The position numbers and the translations under genes are program-made. Shown in pieces: positions 50,148 through 62,644 of a stretch of 64,000 nt of DNA. Source of the DNA: Chrysomallon squamiferum. Lineage: Eukaryota > Animalia > Mollusca. Position 1 is the stretch's first letter, and each line of letters opens with the position of its first letter. The DNA lies in contig CM022672.1 of assembly GCA_012295275.1 (NCBI GenBank), positions 21,080,001-21,144,000 of the forward strand, in the 5' to 3' direction. The notes under the pieces are model-generated. The model saw nothing but the letters and a program-made list of their open reading frames with translations, had not been told where the DNA came from and searched no databases.

Positions 50148-50330
50148 TTTCAAATGTAGTTCAGTTATCTGAAATCTGCAACAAATGTGTTTAATTAAAT
50201 TTGTTCTCCTGGAGATGGCGCTGTGGTTTCATTGATGATATCTAGCCACAACTGAAGCAGACTGGAAAAGAAAGTCAAAACAAAATAAACTAAAAAATAT
50301 TTATTAACTTATACCCCAGGTGTTATTTGA
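43660..50330. repeat. Patchwork of degenerate local duplications upstream of the M4 array
   Basis: Module A (ctcctggatatgtcg..attgtttaa.tgaagatatct...cagattgcaagaaaa) at ~44050, 45490, 47220, 50205 and 61765. Module B (cattctacct.tgaatta.caaa.ttgac) at ~44780, 46478 and 48533. Module C (ggga.taatttggtac.tgatttactgaaa) at ~43660, 46805 and 48323. A ~176-bp tandem repeat spans 45059-45440. A near-identical ~145-bp pair lies at 47808-47958 and 49683-49831. Confidence 0.8.
49217..49389. repeat. Imperfect palindrome / MITE-like hairpin (~72-78-bp arms, ~24-nt loop)
   Basis: The left arm tggactaaagtcgcttctatggttc...aacttcattagtttcatagaaagtcc matches the reverse complement of the right arm ggattttcaatgaaactaattaagtt...gaaacatagaatcgactttagtcca. 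Confidence 0.85.
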
Positions 50331-50391
50331 AAAAATAGATAACAGAACCCCAAAAAAAAAAAAAAAAAGAAAGAAATTCGGTCGATATCAA

Positions 50392-50495
50392 CCAATGAAA
50401 ATAAAATCAGAGGTAGGAGGAAGATGGCGAATATTCCATAAATAGGCGCCACAAACAATACGAAACGATTTGTTCTGAAGCTTACTTGAAATTAG
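50392..50495 (+). promoter_or_regulatory. Core promoter (CCAAT + TATA-like cataaata) and short non-coding exon of M4 protease copy 1
   Basis: ccaat at 50392, cataaata at 50437-50444, then gttctgaagcttacttgaaattag|gtgaga (donor at 50496). The same arrangement recurs at 61931-62033. Confidence 0.75.
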
Positions 50496-50589
50496 GTGAG
50501 AAACTTCTAGATAATATTTTCACCTCTCTTCTGTTTCTTAAATATATTTCTCTTTCTCTCTGCCTTTCCCCAAAGCTCGCAGTTTTTCA

Positions 50590-50678
<89 letters not shown>

Positions 50679-50817
50679 ATTAATAATAATGTTTTTTCTT
50701 TCCTATCATAGATACTTTCATAGTCTAAGTTTAAAACAAAAATGAAAGAAAAAAAGACAAAAGTTTTACAAGAAAGTCTTTTATTTCAGACGTTTCAGAC
50801 ATAGTTTGAAAATCACT

Positions 50818-53558
50818 ATGCTGAAGATCAGTTTAGCTGCAATTGTCTGTAAGTATATCTTGAAATTCTATTTTTCTCTAAATTCATGATCTACTTTTAT
50901 TAATTAAACTTTTTTACTATGCTACAAACAAGGCAAAAAAACAACAACAACAATTTATTATTCTATTTTTACATTATTAAAATTTCATTTTACTTATTTC
51001 ATTTTTAAATTGTTCTTTACATATAAAAAAAAGATGCTGAACAAAGTAAATTTCCTTCCATATCTTGCAAAAGCATAAAGGGCCATAACTGCTCCCATTA
51101 ACATTAATATTGGAGATTCTCGAATCAAAACTATAACGTTGTTACTAAACGCGATTTTGTTATAAATTCGGCACTACGGTAGATTAGGACCAGGTTTACA
51201 GGTTGTTCAGTCCATGTAATGATTTAATTTTTCAAAATTCACGAATAAGAACAGACGTTGAAAATGATATTCAGAATTTAAAAAAGCAAAAAAGCAAAAA
51301 ATTCCCGCAATATTCAGCCTGCAGCTATGTGTTCTATGCAATAAGCAATTCTCTGTTCCAAACTATCTATTCTTTCCATGCTGACAAATTTCATAATAAA
51401 ACCAGACATATTAACGAAGCCGGACTAATTATTACAATTTGTCGTGGTGTAAAATACTATGAGTCGGGACAGAAGACGATGGAATAAGTCTCCATAAATT
51501 TTTATAATTTTATTGAACTATTGATCAAAATTTTACACTATAGAACACAACTTTGCCTTCATAATGCCATATCTTTTTAGTTTATTTATGCAATTATTTC
51601 CTTTTTTCAAAGGTATTTTTTCCTTCATTTCTGTCGACTGCGCTATCAGACAAGATGTTGGAGAAAGAGCAAACAAGGTGATGCCAGATCGTCGAAATAT
51701 CTATGTTGAAGAAAGTCGACAAGAACGATCGGAAATAAAAGTTAATGGAAAGAACCGGAAAAATTTACACGATATTCTCAACGCAAACAGTCATTATGAC
51801 TTCAAAGTTGTACGAACCGTTAAAATCGCAAACGGCAAAACAAAACAACGTATAGAAGTAACCTTCGATGGCATCCCTGTATTTGGTCTCAGTATCCAGG
51901 CTACGTACGACGAAAAGAACGGTTACACGGGAGCACTGACGGGCGAATTTGTCTCGGGGATAGAAAATGATATCAGCGACTCTTCAGCTTGCCAAAGAAA
52001 CGAAAACTTTTTGCTTTCACTAGGCAAAACGAAATCTGGGCTTCCAGCTGTCTGTCCACAATGCAGCTTAACTAGGTCACAGAAGTATATCTATTTTGAT
52101 AACAAAAATAAGGCACAATTAGCATATGTTATAGAAATCGAAAACGATGCCCCAGAGAAATTTTCTCGATATTATCTCATTGTTGATGCTTGCACTCTCG
52201 GCACTTACGAGATGAAAAACACGACACCAAACCGCAAACAGTCGGTATCTTCCATTCATGAAGCAGAGATCCCTAAAGAGGAAAGAAGATCGTATATCAA
52301 TAAAAGGCAAACTTGTCGAGTGTCTGCCAGAGGGACAGGAGGGAATCCCAAAATAGGACCTATCCGCTACGGAACCTGGCCATTTTGTCTTGATGTTACG
52401 ATGAGTGGTCGAAGATGTATCTTGGAGAACGCTAATGTAAAGGTTACTGACATGAAGCAACAAACTACCGGAGGACAAGTATATCGGTACAATTGTCGTA
52501 GAGCACGTGATTCGATTAATGGAGCTAATTCGGCAAACCTAGATGCATTTTTTTACGGAAATGTCATGACTCGCGTATTCCAAAACAACTACCAAATGAA
52601 TCCATTGCCTTACAAGATGTCATTGAAAACCCATTGGGGAAATCAATACACTAACGCAAGATGGAGCTCGCGATCCAGAGAATCCATTTTCGGCGATGAT
52701 AATAACTATGTTTATACTTGGGTAGCTTTGGATATAGTCGCACATGAAGTTGCTCATGGCATGACAGACCAGTATTCTAATTTGGTGTATGCAGATGAGT
52801 CTGGTGGAATAAACGAAGCATTTTCTGATATTACAGGTGAGATGGTTGAGGCTCTTTCTGGCTACAGAACTACTGACTGGATGGTAGCTAACGATATAAC
52901 CAAGAGTCGAAATACTGCTCTGCGATATTTTCGACATCCGCCTTGGGATGGGCGATCAGTTAGCCATGTAAACAATTACTACAATGGAATGAATGTCCAC
53001 TACAGCAGCGGTATTTACAATAAGGCATTTTACGAGATGGTTGTGACACAAAGGATACCTATGAGACTTGCATATCACATGATCCTGTTAGCCAATCAAA
53101 TGTATTGGAATGCTAACAGCAATTTCCAACAGGCAGCCTGTGGAGTTCGAAATGCCGCAATAGATCTGGGTATCAGCACATTTAAAGTCGATGCTGCCTT
53201 TTCAGTTGTGGGTATCAACACCGCCAGATGTGGTGGAGGAAACAATGGATATAACACGCTTTATTCTGGCAGACTGACGTTCAACGTCTCTCCATGGGTC
53301 AATCCATGTTTTCTACTACAGCCGCGTTCGGCCTATTGGTATTACATATATGTCGTTGCATACACCAGCAATGGAAGTCACGTCCTGATGACCATTAAGA
53401 ACGGAGTCACAATGCAAACCATTGGTGCAAGATACGATCGACTCGCTTATTACTTACCCAGCAACGGACAGGATCGTCTAATCTGCTTTTCTGCCAGCAG
53501 ATCTACAACGGTATACTTACGCACATATTACTGCGGATATTACGGTTGCTACTATTAA
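50818..53558 (+). CDS. Secreted M4-family (thermolysin/pseudolysin/vibriolysin-type) zinc metalloprotease preproenzyme, 658 aa, two coding exons
   Basis: Exon 50818-50848 (MLKISLAAIV, phase-1 donor t|gtaagt) joins exon 51613-53558 (acceptor ttttcaaag|) to give the signal peptide MLKISLAAIVCIFSFISVDC. An FTP/PepSY-like propeptide follows (TFDGIPVFG; YYLIVDACT). Catalytic motifs: GTGGNPKIG, NARW, VAHEVAHG (HExxH 52743-52757), ESGGINEAFSD (third Zn ligand Glu 52815-52817), NVHYSSGIYNKAFY, ANQMYW..SNF..AACGV. Confidence 0.95.
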
Positions 53559-55117
53559 AATGCGTTTGATGAAAGAAATATTTCTACAATTTTCAAATCA
53601 ATTAGAATTCTGAAATTAACGACTGTCTATCTTTTATTTTATTTTACTTCTTTTTTTTTTTTTTTTTTTTTTTTTCTTTAAGTAAACCTGATATCAAATT
53701 ATGCTGTTTGTTTCCGTATTTTGTCGATAATAAAGTGAAAATATATAGCAAATCACTATAGGCCTTCTTGTGTTTCGTTAAATCGTTTTAATTGCTGTCG
53801 GTAATAAATGTTAAAATAATATTTTAAAAGAAAATATTGATATATCTTTTTTTTTCTTTTCTGCTTGATGAATATTAATGTACTGAATTCAATATGTTTT
53901 ACCTGACAAGAATAATTAGAATAGACAACAGAAAATGGACATCTTTAAACAAAGTATTCCCATATCTGTTAGAACCCTGCAACTGAAGAAACATTCCGGA
54001 ACCTTAATAAAAGAAATTGACCAATTCTATTAAAACTTGCACTGGCAAAACGATCATGCTGGAAATGGGTATACAAGCTTTTTTTCCTTGCCAGGATAAA
54101 TTTAAATGGGTGGGCGCTAAGAAAGAAATCTTTCTGGTTTTATGTGGCCTAATAAACCAGTCAAAATTAATCCGTTGATGTAAAAACATGTTAATTCAGT
54201 GAATGAACATTTCTTAAATTATGGCGTATGTGTAACGTGCTAAAATAGATTAATTTGTCTCACGTCTGTTTTAAAAATGTTAACATAGTCAGTACTTGAT
54301 GACGTCACTGGCTTCATATTTTAAATTGCATTAAATTTAATAATTACCCTTTTATTACAATCTGGTAAAGTAAAGCTTTTGTTTGATTATTGTTGCTGAT
54401 GAAAAGAAGCTATAAATTTCAAGAGAACTGAGCTTCTGTAGGTGCTACTACTATATGTATTAGTACAACTACTACTACTATTACTACAACAACAACTACT
54501 ACTACTACTAATAATAATGGTAATAATTAAAGTAATAATAACAACAATTATAATAAATAAATAAATATTCAAAAAATTGTTTAAAAATATGTGGAATAAA
54601 CTAATTAAATAATAATAATAATAATATTAAAAACTAAAAATAAATAACAAATTCTTTTCCACAAAATATAATATATTATTGCTTATTCACAGACACACAT
54701 TCATACATACATACATACATGCATACATACATACATACATATATACATGCATATAAGTATCATATCTATATAATTCTAGGAAAGCACTAGTTACTTCGAA
54801 AGTTTAATTTTGTACTATAAATTTATAGATTTAAAAAAATGCAACAAATGCAAAAATTGCATTAAAAAGTGAAAAGAAATAACGTCTACACTATTTGTAA
54901 GCTTTTTATCCCTATATTAATTTATTTCCTTACTTACTTTATATTATTATTCAAAATTTGAACAATGCATCAGAACGTAAGGTAAGAGACATTAATTCCC
55001 TTATTCATTTATTTACTTACTTTTTATTAATATTGAAACATGGTACTAAAACATCAGAAAGTAATGCCGTGAGAGATTCAAAAATATATGGAATGAACTT
55101 TTACTCATCAACAAAAA

Positions 55118-55164
<47 letters not shown>

Positions 55165-55703
55165 AGGACAGCTAACACTTTATCAGAAAAAACAAACACC
55201 CACCTGTCCCCAAAAAAAAATAAAAAAAAATAATAATAATAACTAAATAAAAACAACAGAAGAGAAAATATTTATCTCTCTTCACCATTTGATCCACTTT
55301 ATTTAACATGAATCTACTATAAAATGTATACGTTAGGGAGTGGTTCACAGAACGATTTGAAATTACAGAGATATATTTAAAATTGTGGTAAAAAGCATAT
55401 GGAATAAGATATGAAAAATATTCATTAATATATTCATTAATATTAAAAATGTGATAATTAAAATAAAGATACGAAAGACGTGCATGACCAAAAAACCCAA
55501 CAATCCCCCACAAAAAAAAAACAAAAAAAAAACAAACAAAAAACAACATCAAAAGACAAGAACAACAACCAAACAAATAACCCCCCCAAAAATAAGAAAC
55601 AAAACAAGCACACACATGATACTGCAAATACTACCTGTACTACTTCTGTTGGTGCTACTACTATATCTATTAGAACAACTACTACTACTACTACTACTAC
55701 TAC

Positions 55704-55735
<32 letters not shown>

Positions 55736-55851
55736 GTAATAATAACAACAATTATAATAAATAAATACTAAAGTAAGTTTTTTCAGAAACAAATTTTATT
55801 ATTACTAAAACTGAAATAAAAATGCACCATGAACAAAACTAAATTTAATTT

Positions 55852-55934
<83 letters not shown>

Positions 55935-56277
55935 ATTATATATATATAATTCATTTAAGTAATTATTTATATTTTTCTACTCTGAAAATCCATATAAATA
56001 AAATGGACACCCTCCATCAAAATCCTGCATAAAGTTCGTCACGAAAGAGTAAACAATTAACTTATTACAAACTTAAATTAAAATTCACAATAAAATTTCT
56101 GCGACATAAAGTGATAAGTTTTCTTCGGCTATAATTATTATATACCAAAAGCAGTACAGTTTAATTACATCATTACCCCTGTACAATATATATTAATAGT
56201 TAGTAATTCATGATACCTTTAAACATCTCTGAAATTTATTTATATTTTTAAATTGCACAATTTGGACATTGTTTTCT

Positions 56278-56792
56278 GATAGTTCAACATTTCTACTTAT
56301 ACATCAAGAGAGACAACTTTTTTTTTTTTTCTGGAGATGTACCTTTTCTCTTAATTTCATAAAATATTGAAATCCCATATATCATCAAAACATTTAACTA
56401 TAATAGTAGTAGTTGTAGTAGTAGTAATAATAATAATAATAATGACGATGATGATGGTGATGATGATGATGATTATCATTTTATTCATTTATTCATATAT
56501 TTATTTATCTTTTGAAAATAATTCTAACAGGACAAATATATAAAAAAAGTAATTACATTCTTTAAAGACTTTTTACACTATAAACATAATGTTGCCATAA
56601 TTAATTTATGTAGATATTTCCCTTTTTAAAGGTATATTTTCCTTCATTTCTGCGGGCTTCATTATTGATAGTTCAATATTTCTACTTAAACATCAAGAAA
56701 GACAAATTTTTTGGAATTTTTTTTGTTTTTTGTTTTTTTCTTTTGTTAATTTTATAAAATATTTTAATCCCATATATCATCAAAACATTTAA
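56278..56792. repeat. Local duplication in front of the M4 pseudogene, including an orphan copy of the exon-2 splice acceptor
   Basis: gatagttcaa.atttctactta.acatcaaga...aatcccatatatcatcaaaacatttaa occurs at 56278-56397 and 56667-56792. The stretch 56571-56655 mirrors 51531-51636 (ttttacactata...aaag|gtatattttccttcatttctg). Confidence 0.75.
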
Positions 56793-56813
56793 TTTGTTTT
56801 TACTGTTCTCATA

Positions 56814-56847
<34 letters not shown>

Positions 56848-56875
56848 TTATTCATTTATTGGTGTAGTTATTAAG

Positions 56876-58323
56876 ATATTTTTTTCTTCATTTCTGTCCA
56901 CTGTACTCTCCGGAAAGAAGCTTGAGAAAGAGCAAACTTGGTTATGACAGATCGTGGCAGAGTATATTTTGAAGAAAGTCGACAAAAACGATCGGAATTA
57001 AATGTGAATGAAAGAACCGGAAAGATTTACACGATATTCTCAACGCAAACAGTAATTATGACTTTAAAAATGTACCAGCCGTTAAAGTTGCAAACGGTAA
57101 AACAAAACAACGTATAAAATTAACCTTCGATGGCATCCCTGTATTTGGTCTCAGTATCCAGGCTACGTATGACGAAAAGAACGGTTACACGGGAGCTCTG
57201 ACGGGCGAGTTTGTCTCGGGAATAGAAAATGATATCAGCGACTCTTCAGCTTGCCAAAGAAACGAAAACTTTTTGTTTTCTCTAGACAAAAAGAAATGTG
57301 GGCTTCCGGCTGTCTGTCGATACTGCTGTTTAGCTAGGTCACTAGGTATATTTATTTTGATAATAAAAACAAAGTACAATTAGTGTATATTGTGGAAATC
57401 GAAGAAAGTGACCCAGAGAAATGTTTTCGATATTATCTCATTGTTGATGCTTGCATTATCAGAATTTACGGCATTAAACCGCACAAAGTCGCTATCTTCC
57501 ATAGCAGGAAAGAGGATCGAATATCAATAAAAAGCAATGACCAATCTTATACTTAGGTAACTTTGGATGTGATCGCACATGAAATTGGTGTATGCAGATG
57601 AGTCTGGTGGAATAAACAAAGCATATTGTGATATTACAGGTGAGATGGTTGATTCGCTTTGTGGCTTCAGAACAAATGATTGGATGGCATCTTACGATAT
57701 AACCAAAAGACAAAATACCGCTATCGACATTTATGACATCCCCCTTGGGACGGCAATTCAGTTAGCCATGTAAAATCATTGCTACGATGGTTTAGATATC
57801 CACTACAGAAGTGGTATTTACAACAAGGCATTTTACGACATGGTCATGACACAAAGGATACTTATGAAACATGTTCCTCTTAGCCAATCAAATGTATTGG
57901 AATTCTAACAGCGATTTGCAACATGCAGCCTGTGGAGTTCGAAATGCTGAAGCAGATCTGAGTATGAGTACTTCTCGAATGGAAGCTGCATTTTCAGTCG
58001 TGGGTATCAACTTTCCTGCCTGTGCAGGAGGGAACAAAGAATATAACACTCTTGAACCTGGAAGAAACCGTATCTCCCTTGTTCAGCCCAGATCTGACTT
58101 ATTGCATATTCTGTACGCCATTGCAAACACTCGCAATGGAAGCCATGTCCAGATGACCATTAAGCATGGTGTCACTATGAAAGACATTGGTTCAAGATAT
58201 GATCGACTCGACTATTGCTTACCCAGAAGCAGGCAGGATCGTTTAATCTGCTTTTATGCCATGAGATATACAACAGAATATTTACACACATACTACTGCG
58301 GAGATAAGGGTTGCGTCAATTAA
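56876..58323 (+). pseudogene. M4 metalloprotease pseudogene (paralog of 50818-53558)
   Basis: Colinear with exon 2 of copy 1, but with a TGA at 56923-56925, a frameshift near 57010 and a ~400-nt deletion at ~57540 (copy-1 52311-52711). HExxH is truncated after HE (57578-57583), NEAFSD reads NKAYCD, and further indels follow. No intact signal exon is seen upstream. Confidence 0.93.
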
Positions 58324-59460
58324 ACTGATGAACATAAGCAGATGTAACGAATATTTCTACAATATTTTCGAATAAACATTTATCTCAATTTCAGTGTATT
58401 TTCTACAAAATTCCTCACGTTAATGATAGTACGTTCATAATAACTGGAGTAGACACTGGAAAATTCTGATTAGGAGAACTTCGCCAGTTCGAACATCCTT
58501 AAACCAGGTATTCCCCATTCTCTTAAATATACGGAGCCCAACAACAAAGACAACTTCTGGAACCTTAATGAAAGAAATGCATAAATTATACAGAAATGTA
58601 CACGGCTTTTTCTTCCCAAAGCTAAATAAAATACTAATAACATTTCTATATTTAAAAGGTGTAATTTATTACTTTTATTTTTATGCAATTCTGCTTCAGG
58701 ATTCTTACTTTTAGGAAAACATATTTCAAAAATGAAATATTAATAATGAATGTTAATGCGTTGGCTTGAATATGTTTTAGAGAGATGTGGAATAAAGCCA
58801 CTTAATCGAGATCAAATAAATTCGGACGATCTTTATATCCGTTGTTATTTGCTTGCAATTTCATTTAGTATAGAGGGTGTCACACTGCGTGATATAGAAT
58901 TATTAAAGATTATAAGATACTGCTATAAAACTAGTAATAATAGCAATAATAATAATAACAACAATAAATAAATAAATGAATATGTCTTCATGTAAAAACC
59001 CCGATAATCCGCTCTATTTGTATCTTCGCAAAATGTAATAAAAAAAAACAACTACAGCAATAATTATAAAAATAGCAGTAATAATAACTGTTTTAATATT
59101 GTGATCGCAAAATAAATTTTAATAAGATATTTAATACATAAATAAATTAATTAATTAAATAAAATACATTTTGGAATATAAAAAAGAAAAGAAAAGAAAA
59201 GAAAGGGCGTATAGCTGCAAGGAGTATTTTATATCGACTAGCTTTTACATAGACTGGATAAAAACGTGTACATTATTTTCTAGTAAGTATAGAAGTCAAA
59301 TTAAAACGGTTGATGTTAATTCGGTAAGAACACGTATGTGTACAGCTGCAGAAAGGCGATTATTTATCTCACGTCTGTTTTAAGAAAGTTGAAATATTCA
59401 GTACACAGTGATGTGCTTGCCTTGATATTTTCATTTGAATTAAATTTAATGTTACCACTT

Positions 59461-60448
59461 TATCATAAACAGGAAAATTAATACTTTTTCATTGCCATTA
59501 GTATGCAATATATGATAACCATTGGAATAAGAATATATTAAAGTTTTAATCATGAATTTAGACTATAATTTATTTATTACAGTAGTGTAGAAAAATGAAA
59601 AATAAAACAAGTACAGTATGAATGTTAACAAGTCATGTGTTGTCACGTTCCATTTATGATTATGAACTGTCAACGCAGAGTTAATGAATTTCAATAAGCA
59701 TAGATACGATACTGTATGGCAAGATGTCCGGTCAGGTTCAAACGCCTACCCTAAATATCAGGGATCAAGAAACATAGCCAGTCATTTTAATGATTTTATT
59801 AACATCTATCTGAAAAATGTCACAAAAAAGAGAGAGAACAGTGTACAATATTAATAAAGAAGATATTTGTCATGATAACTTAGTCGAGTAAAAATTTATA
59901 TATAGAATTTTTCAGCAGTACGTGAATTGAACAAAGCAGATGTTCTATAGAAGACATTAGGTACAGTTTTTACTGAATATCATTTGATTAAAAACTGACT
60001 ATCTACAATGAGATAAAACAATTAACCATATGGTGTTACTGTTATGTTCTCCGTGAACTTTTAATATTTGGAACATATGAAGCTATGCACTCGATCACGC
60101 ACGTATGCACTTACACTCGACTGACTCGCTGTATTTTTCTTTTCACTGATTAATATTTTTTAAATTTTACTTTTTGTTGATTTCTTTACAGTTTTTAAAG
60201 CGACAAACTATGTATGTATGTATGTATGTATGTATGTATGTATGTATGTATGTATCTGTCTAGTTGTTAACGTGAGTTGTTAACGTTTATACAGTATTTG
60301 TTCTATTTTTTTTTTTCTACACTGCTGTAATAAATAAATTATAGTCTACATTTATGATTAAAACTTCAATATATTCTTATTCCAATGGTTATCATGTATT
60401 GCATCTTATAATGGCAATGAAAAAGGATTAATTTTCCTTTTTATGATA
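59461..60448. repeat. Long inverted repeat: arms ~59461-59637 and ~60271-60448, spacer ~630 bp
   Basis: atgcaatatatgataaccattggaataagaatatattaaagttttaatcatgaatttagactataatttatttattacagtagtgtaga (59503-) is the near-exact reverse complement of 60316-60404, and similarity extends on both sides. Confidence 0.88.
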
Positions 60449-60462
60449 TATATATTTATATA

Positions 60463-60493
<31 letters not shown>

Positions 60494-61644
60494 CTACATA
60501 TATGTCTCTTTGTGCATCTGTCTGTTTGTCTTTCTGTCTAGCTATATATCTATCTATCTATATAATCTATCTGTCTCTCTTTATGTCTGGCTCTTTCTAC
60601 ATATAACTAACTAGCTATCTGTATGTCTATATGTACGTATGTATGTATGAATCAATGTATATAATGTATGTTTATTAGTGTATGTATTTGAATTGAAAGA
60701 AATAAAATATTAAATATTGAAATCAAAATAGAGGAAAGCTAACTATCGAAATATGCGGATGAGCAAACACCACCATCATAATAAAAAGTAGCACCATTAC
60801 CAAAACTACTACTACTGCTGCTGCTACTCCTGCTACTACTGATAATAACAACAACTATAACAAGTAAATAAGTCAGTAAGAAAGTAAATAAATAAATAGA
60901 ATTAAAAAGGAAAGATAAGTCCTTCATACAGAGAGAAAAAAAAAATTCAAAAACAAAACGAAATCTTAAATACGGACATAAGATTAGAAAAAACTAACAC
61001 ACGAAAAATGTGCATGAGCCAGCAACAGAACACACATAATAATAACAATGATACAACTATTACAACAACAAGTACTACTACTACTGTTGCTGCTCCTACT
61101 GGTACTACTACTAACAACAACAACAACAACATTAAAGTAAATATTTAAGAAATAAATGTTATCATTACTAAAAATTAAAAACAAAGAAGATAGAAAATGA
61201 GAGATAAACATAATTGAATTTTAGTACAAAAATATCGATCCTTCCGACAAGCTATGTGTCCTTCTGGTATTTTTTTTTATCTAAGTAAAATTTTTAGCAA
61301 AATTACGTTCGCATAAATGGAAATTTTGTTTTCACGCTTCTGAGAAATGGGGCTTTTGATTCAAAATAAAACTTTAAGGCTCAGATCAAATTTAAATTTA
61401 ATAACTAGAAAAAACACATTGTTTTGAGTGTGGATATTCTTTTAAACACACACAATAATGTGTATAATGCTCTCCCTCCTTACACAAGTTTTAAAACGTG
61501 CAGACACGAAAGTTAGAAATTAATCTTCTATGACTGACGATTTGTCAAATAAATGTTATTTGAAACCATCATTTGCAGTACATTCATGTACCTAATCATG
61601 GTATATATTTATTAAAACTAATATAGTTTTCATGCAAATTTGAG

Positions 61645-61713
<69 letters not shown>

Positions 61714-61930
61714 AATAAATAAATAAATTACTTCATATTTACGCCAAATATTTAATTAAACTTTTCTCCTTTTTACTGATGATATCTAACCAAAACTGAA
61801 ACAGATTGCGAAAAATTAAAAACTTTAAAAAAGTGAAACAGATTGAAAAACAATATATACTATATTAACTTATACCCCAGGAGTTAATTGAAAAAGTAGA
61901 AAACAGACTGGTGCAATCAACTGAAATTAA

Positions 61931-62033
61931 CCAATCAAAATTAGAATAGAGAGAGAAGGAAAATGACAATTGCTTTATAAAAGGCGACAGGAAGAAGACG
62001 AAATTACAAGTTCTGAAGCTTACTTGAAATAAG
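61931..62033 (+). promoter_or_regulatory. Core promoter (CCAAT, TATAAAA) and non-coding exon of M4 protease copy 3
   Basis: ccaat 61931-61935, tataaaa 61976-61982, then gttctgaagcttacttgaaataag|gtgaga (donor at 62034); homologous to 50392-50495. Confidence 0.75.
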
Positions 62034-62057
62034 GTGAGAATAATTTAGATTATATTT

Positions 62058-62141
<84 letters not shown>

Positions 62142-62293
62142 ACTTGTTGTCAGATCTCTTTGTCACTTTTGACTTGTTTCAAATCTCACTCTTTTCCCAT
62201 TCTTTCATCTCCTTTTCGTCGTATATTTCTCTTTTTCACCATCTTTCTTTCTGTTCCAAATGTGTCTTTCTCTATCGAATGTCCTCCCCTACC

Positions 62294-62381
<88 letters not shown>

Positions 62382-62644
62382 TAATATTTCGTATTTCAAA
62401 TTATAGATACACTTTCATAGGTTCAGTAAAAAAAAAAAAAATAATAATAATAAGAAGAAGAAGAATAAGCAAAAATAAAAAATATTAATAATAACAATAA
62501 TAATAATAATAATAATTATTATTATTATTATTATTATTACATTTAAATAATATATATGTATATAAAAATTAGAAAAAATAATGAAGAATATGTATAAGAA
62601 AACTGCTTAATTTCAGAGGTTTCAGACGTTGCTTCAACACCAGC

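Noticed and set aside
51564-51612. ORF-track N-terminus MPYLFSLFMQLFPFFK of the 664-aa M4 ORF, suggesting an intronless bacterial-style gene
   Set aside because: This is the intron's polypyrimidine tract and acceptor. The upstream exon 50818-50848 supplies a better signal peptide and is conserved in copy 3.
52119-52937. Antisense ORFs of 119 and 105 aa inside the M4 gene
   Set aside because: Shadow frames of a higher-GC coding exon with no recognisable features.
50818-58323. Bacterial contamination as the source of the M4 genes
   Set aside because: Spliceosomal introns, TATA/CCAAT promoters, microsatellite-rich flanks, a decayed paralog and no neighbouring bacterial genes argue for host DNA. 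Read-level confirmation is still advisable.
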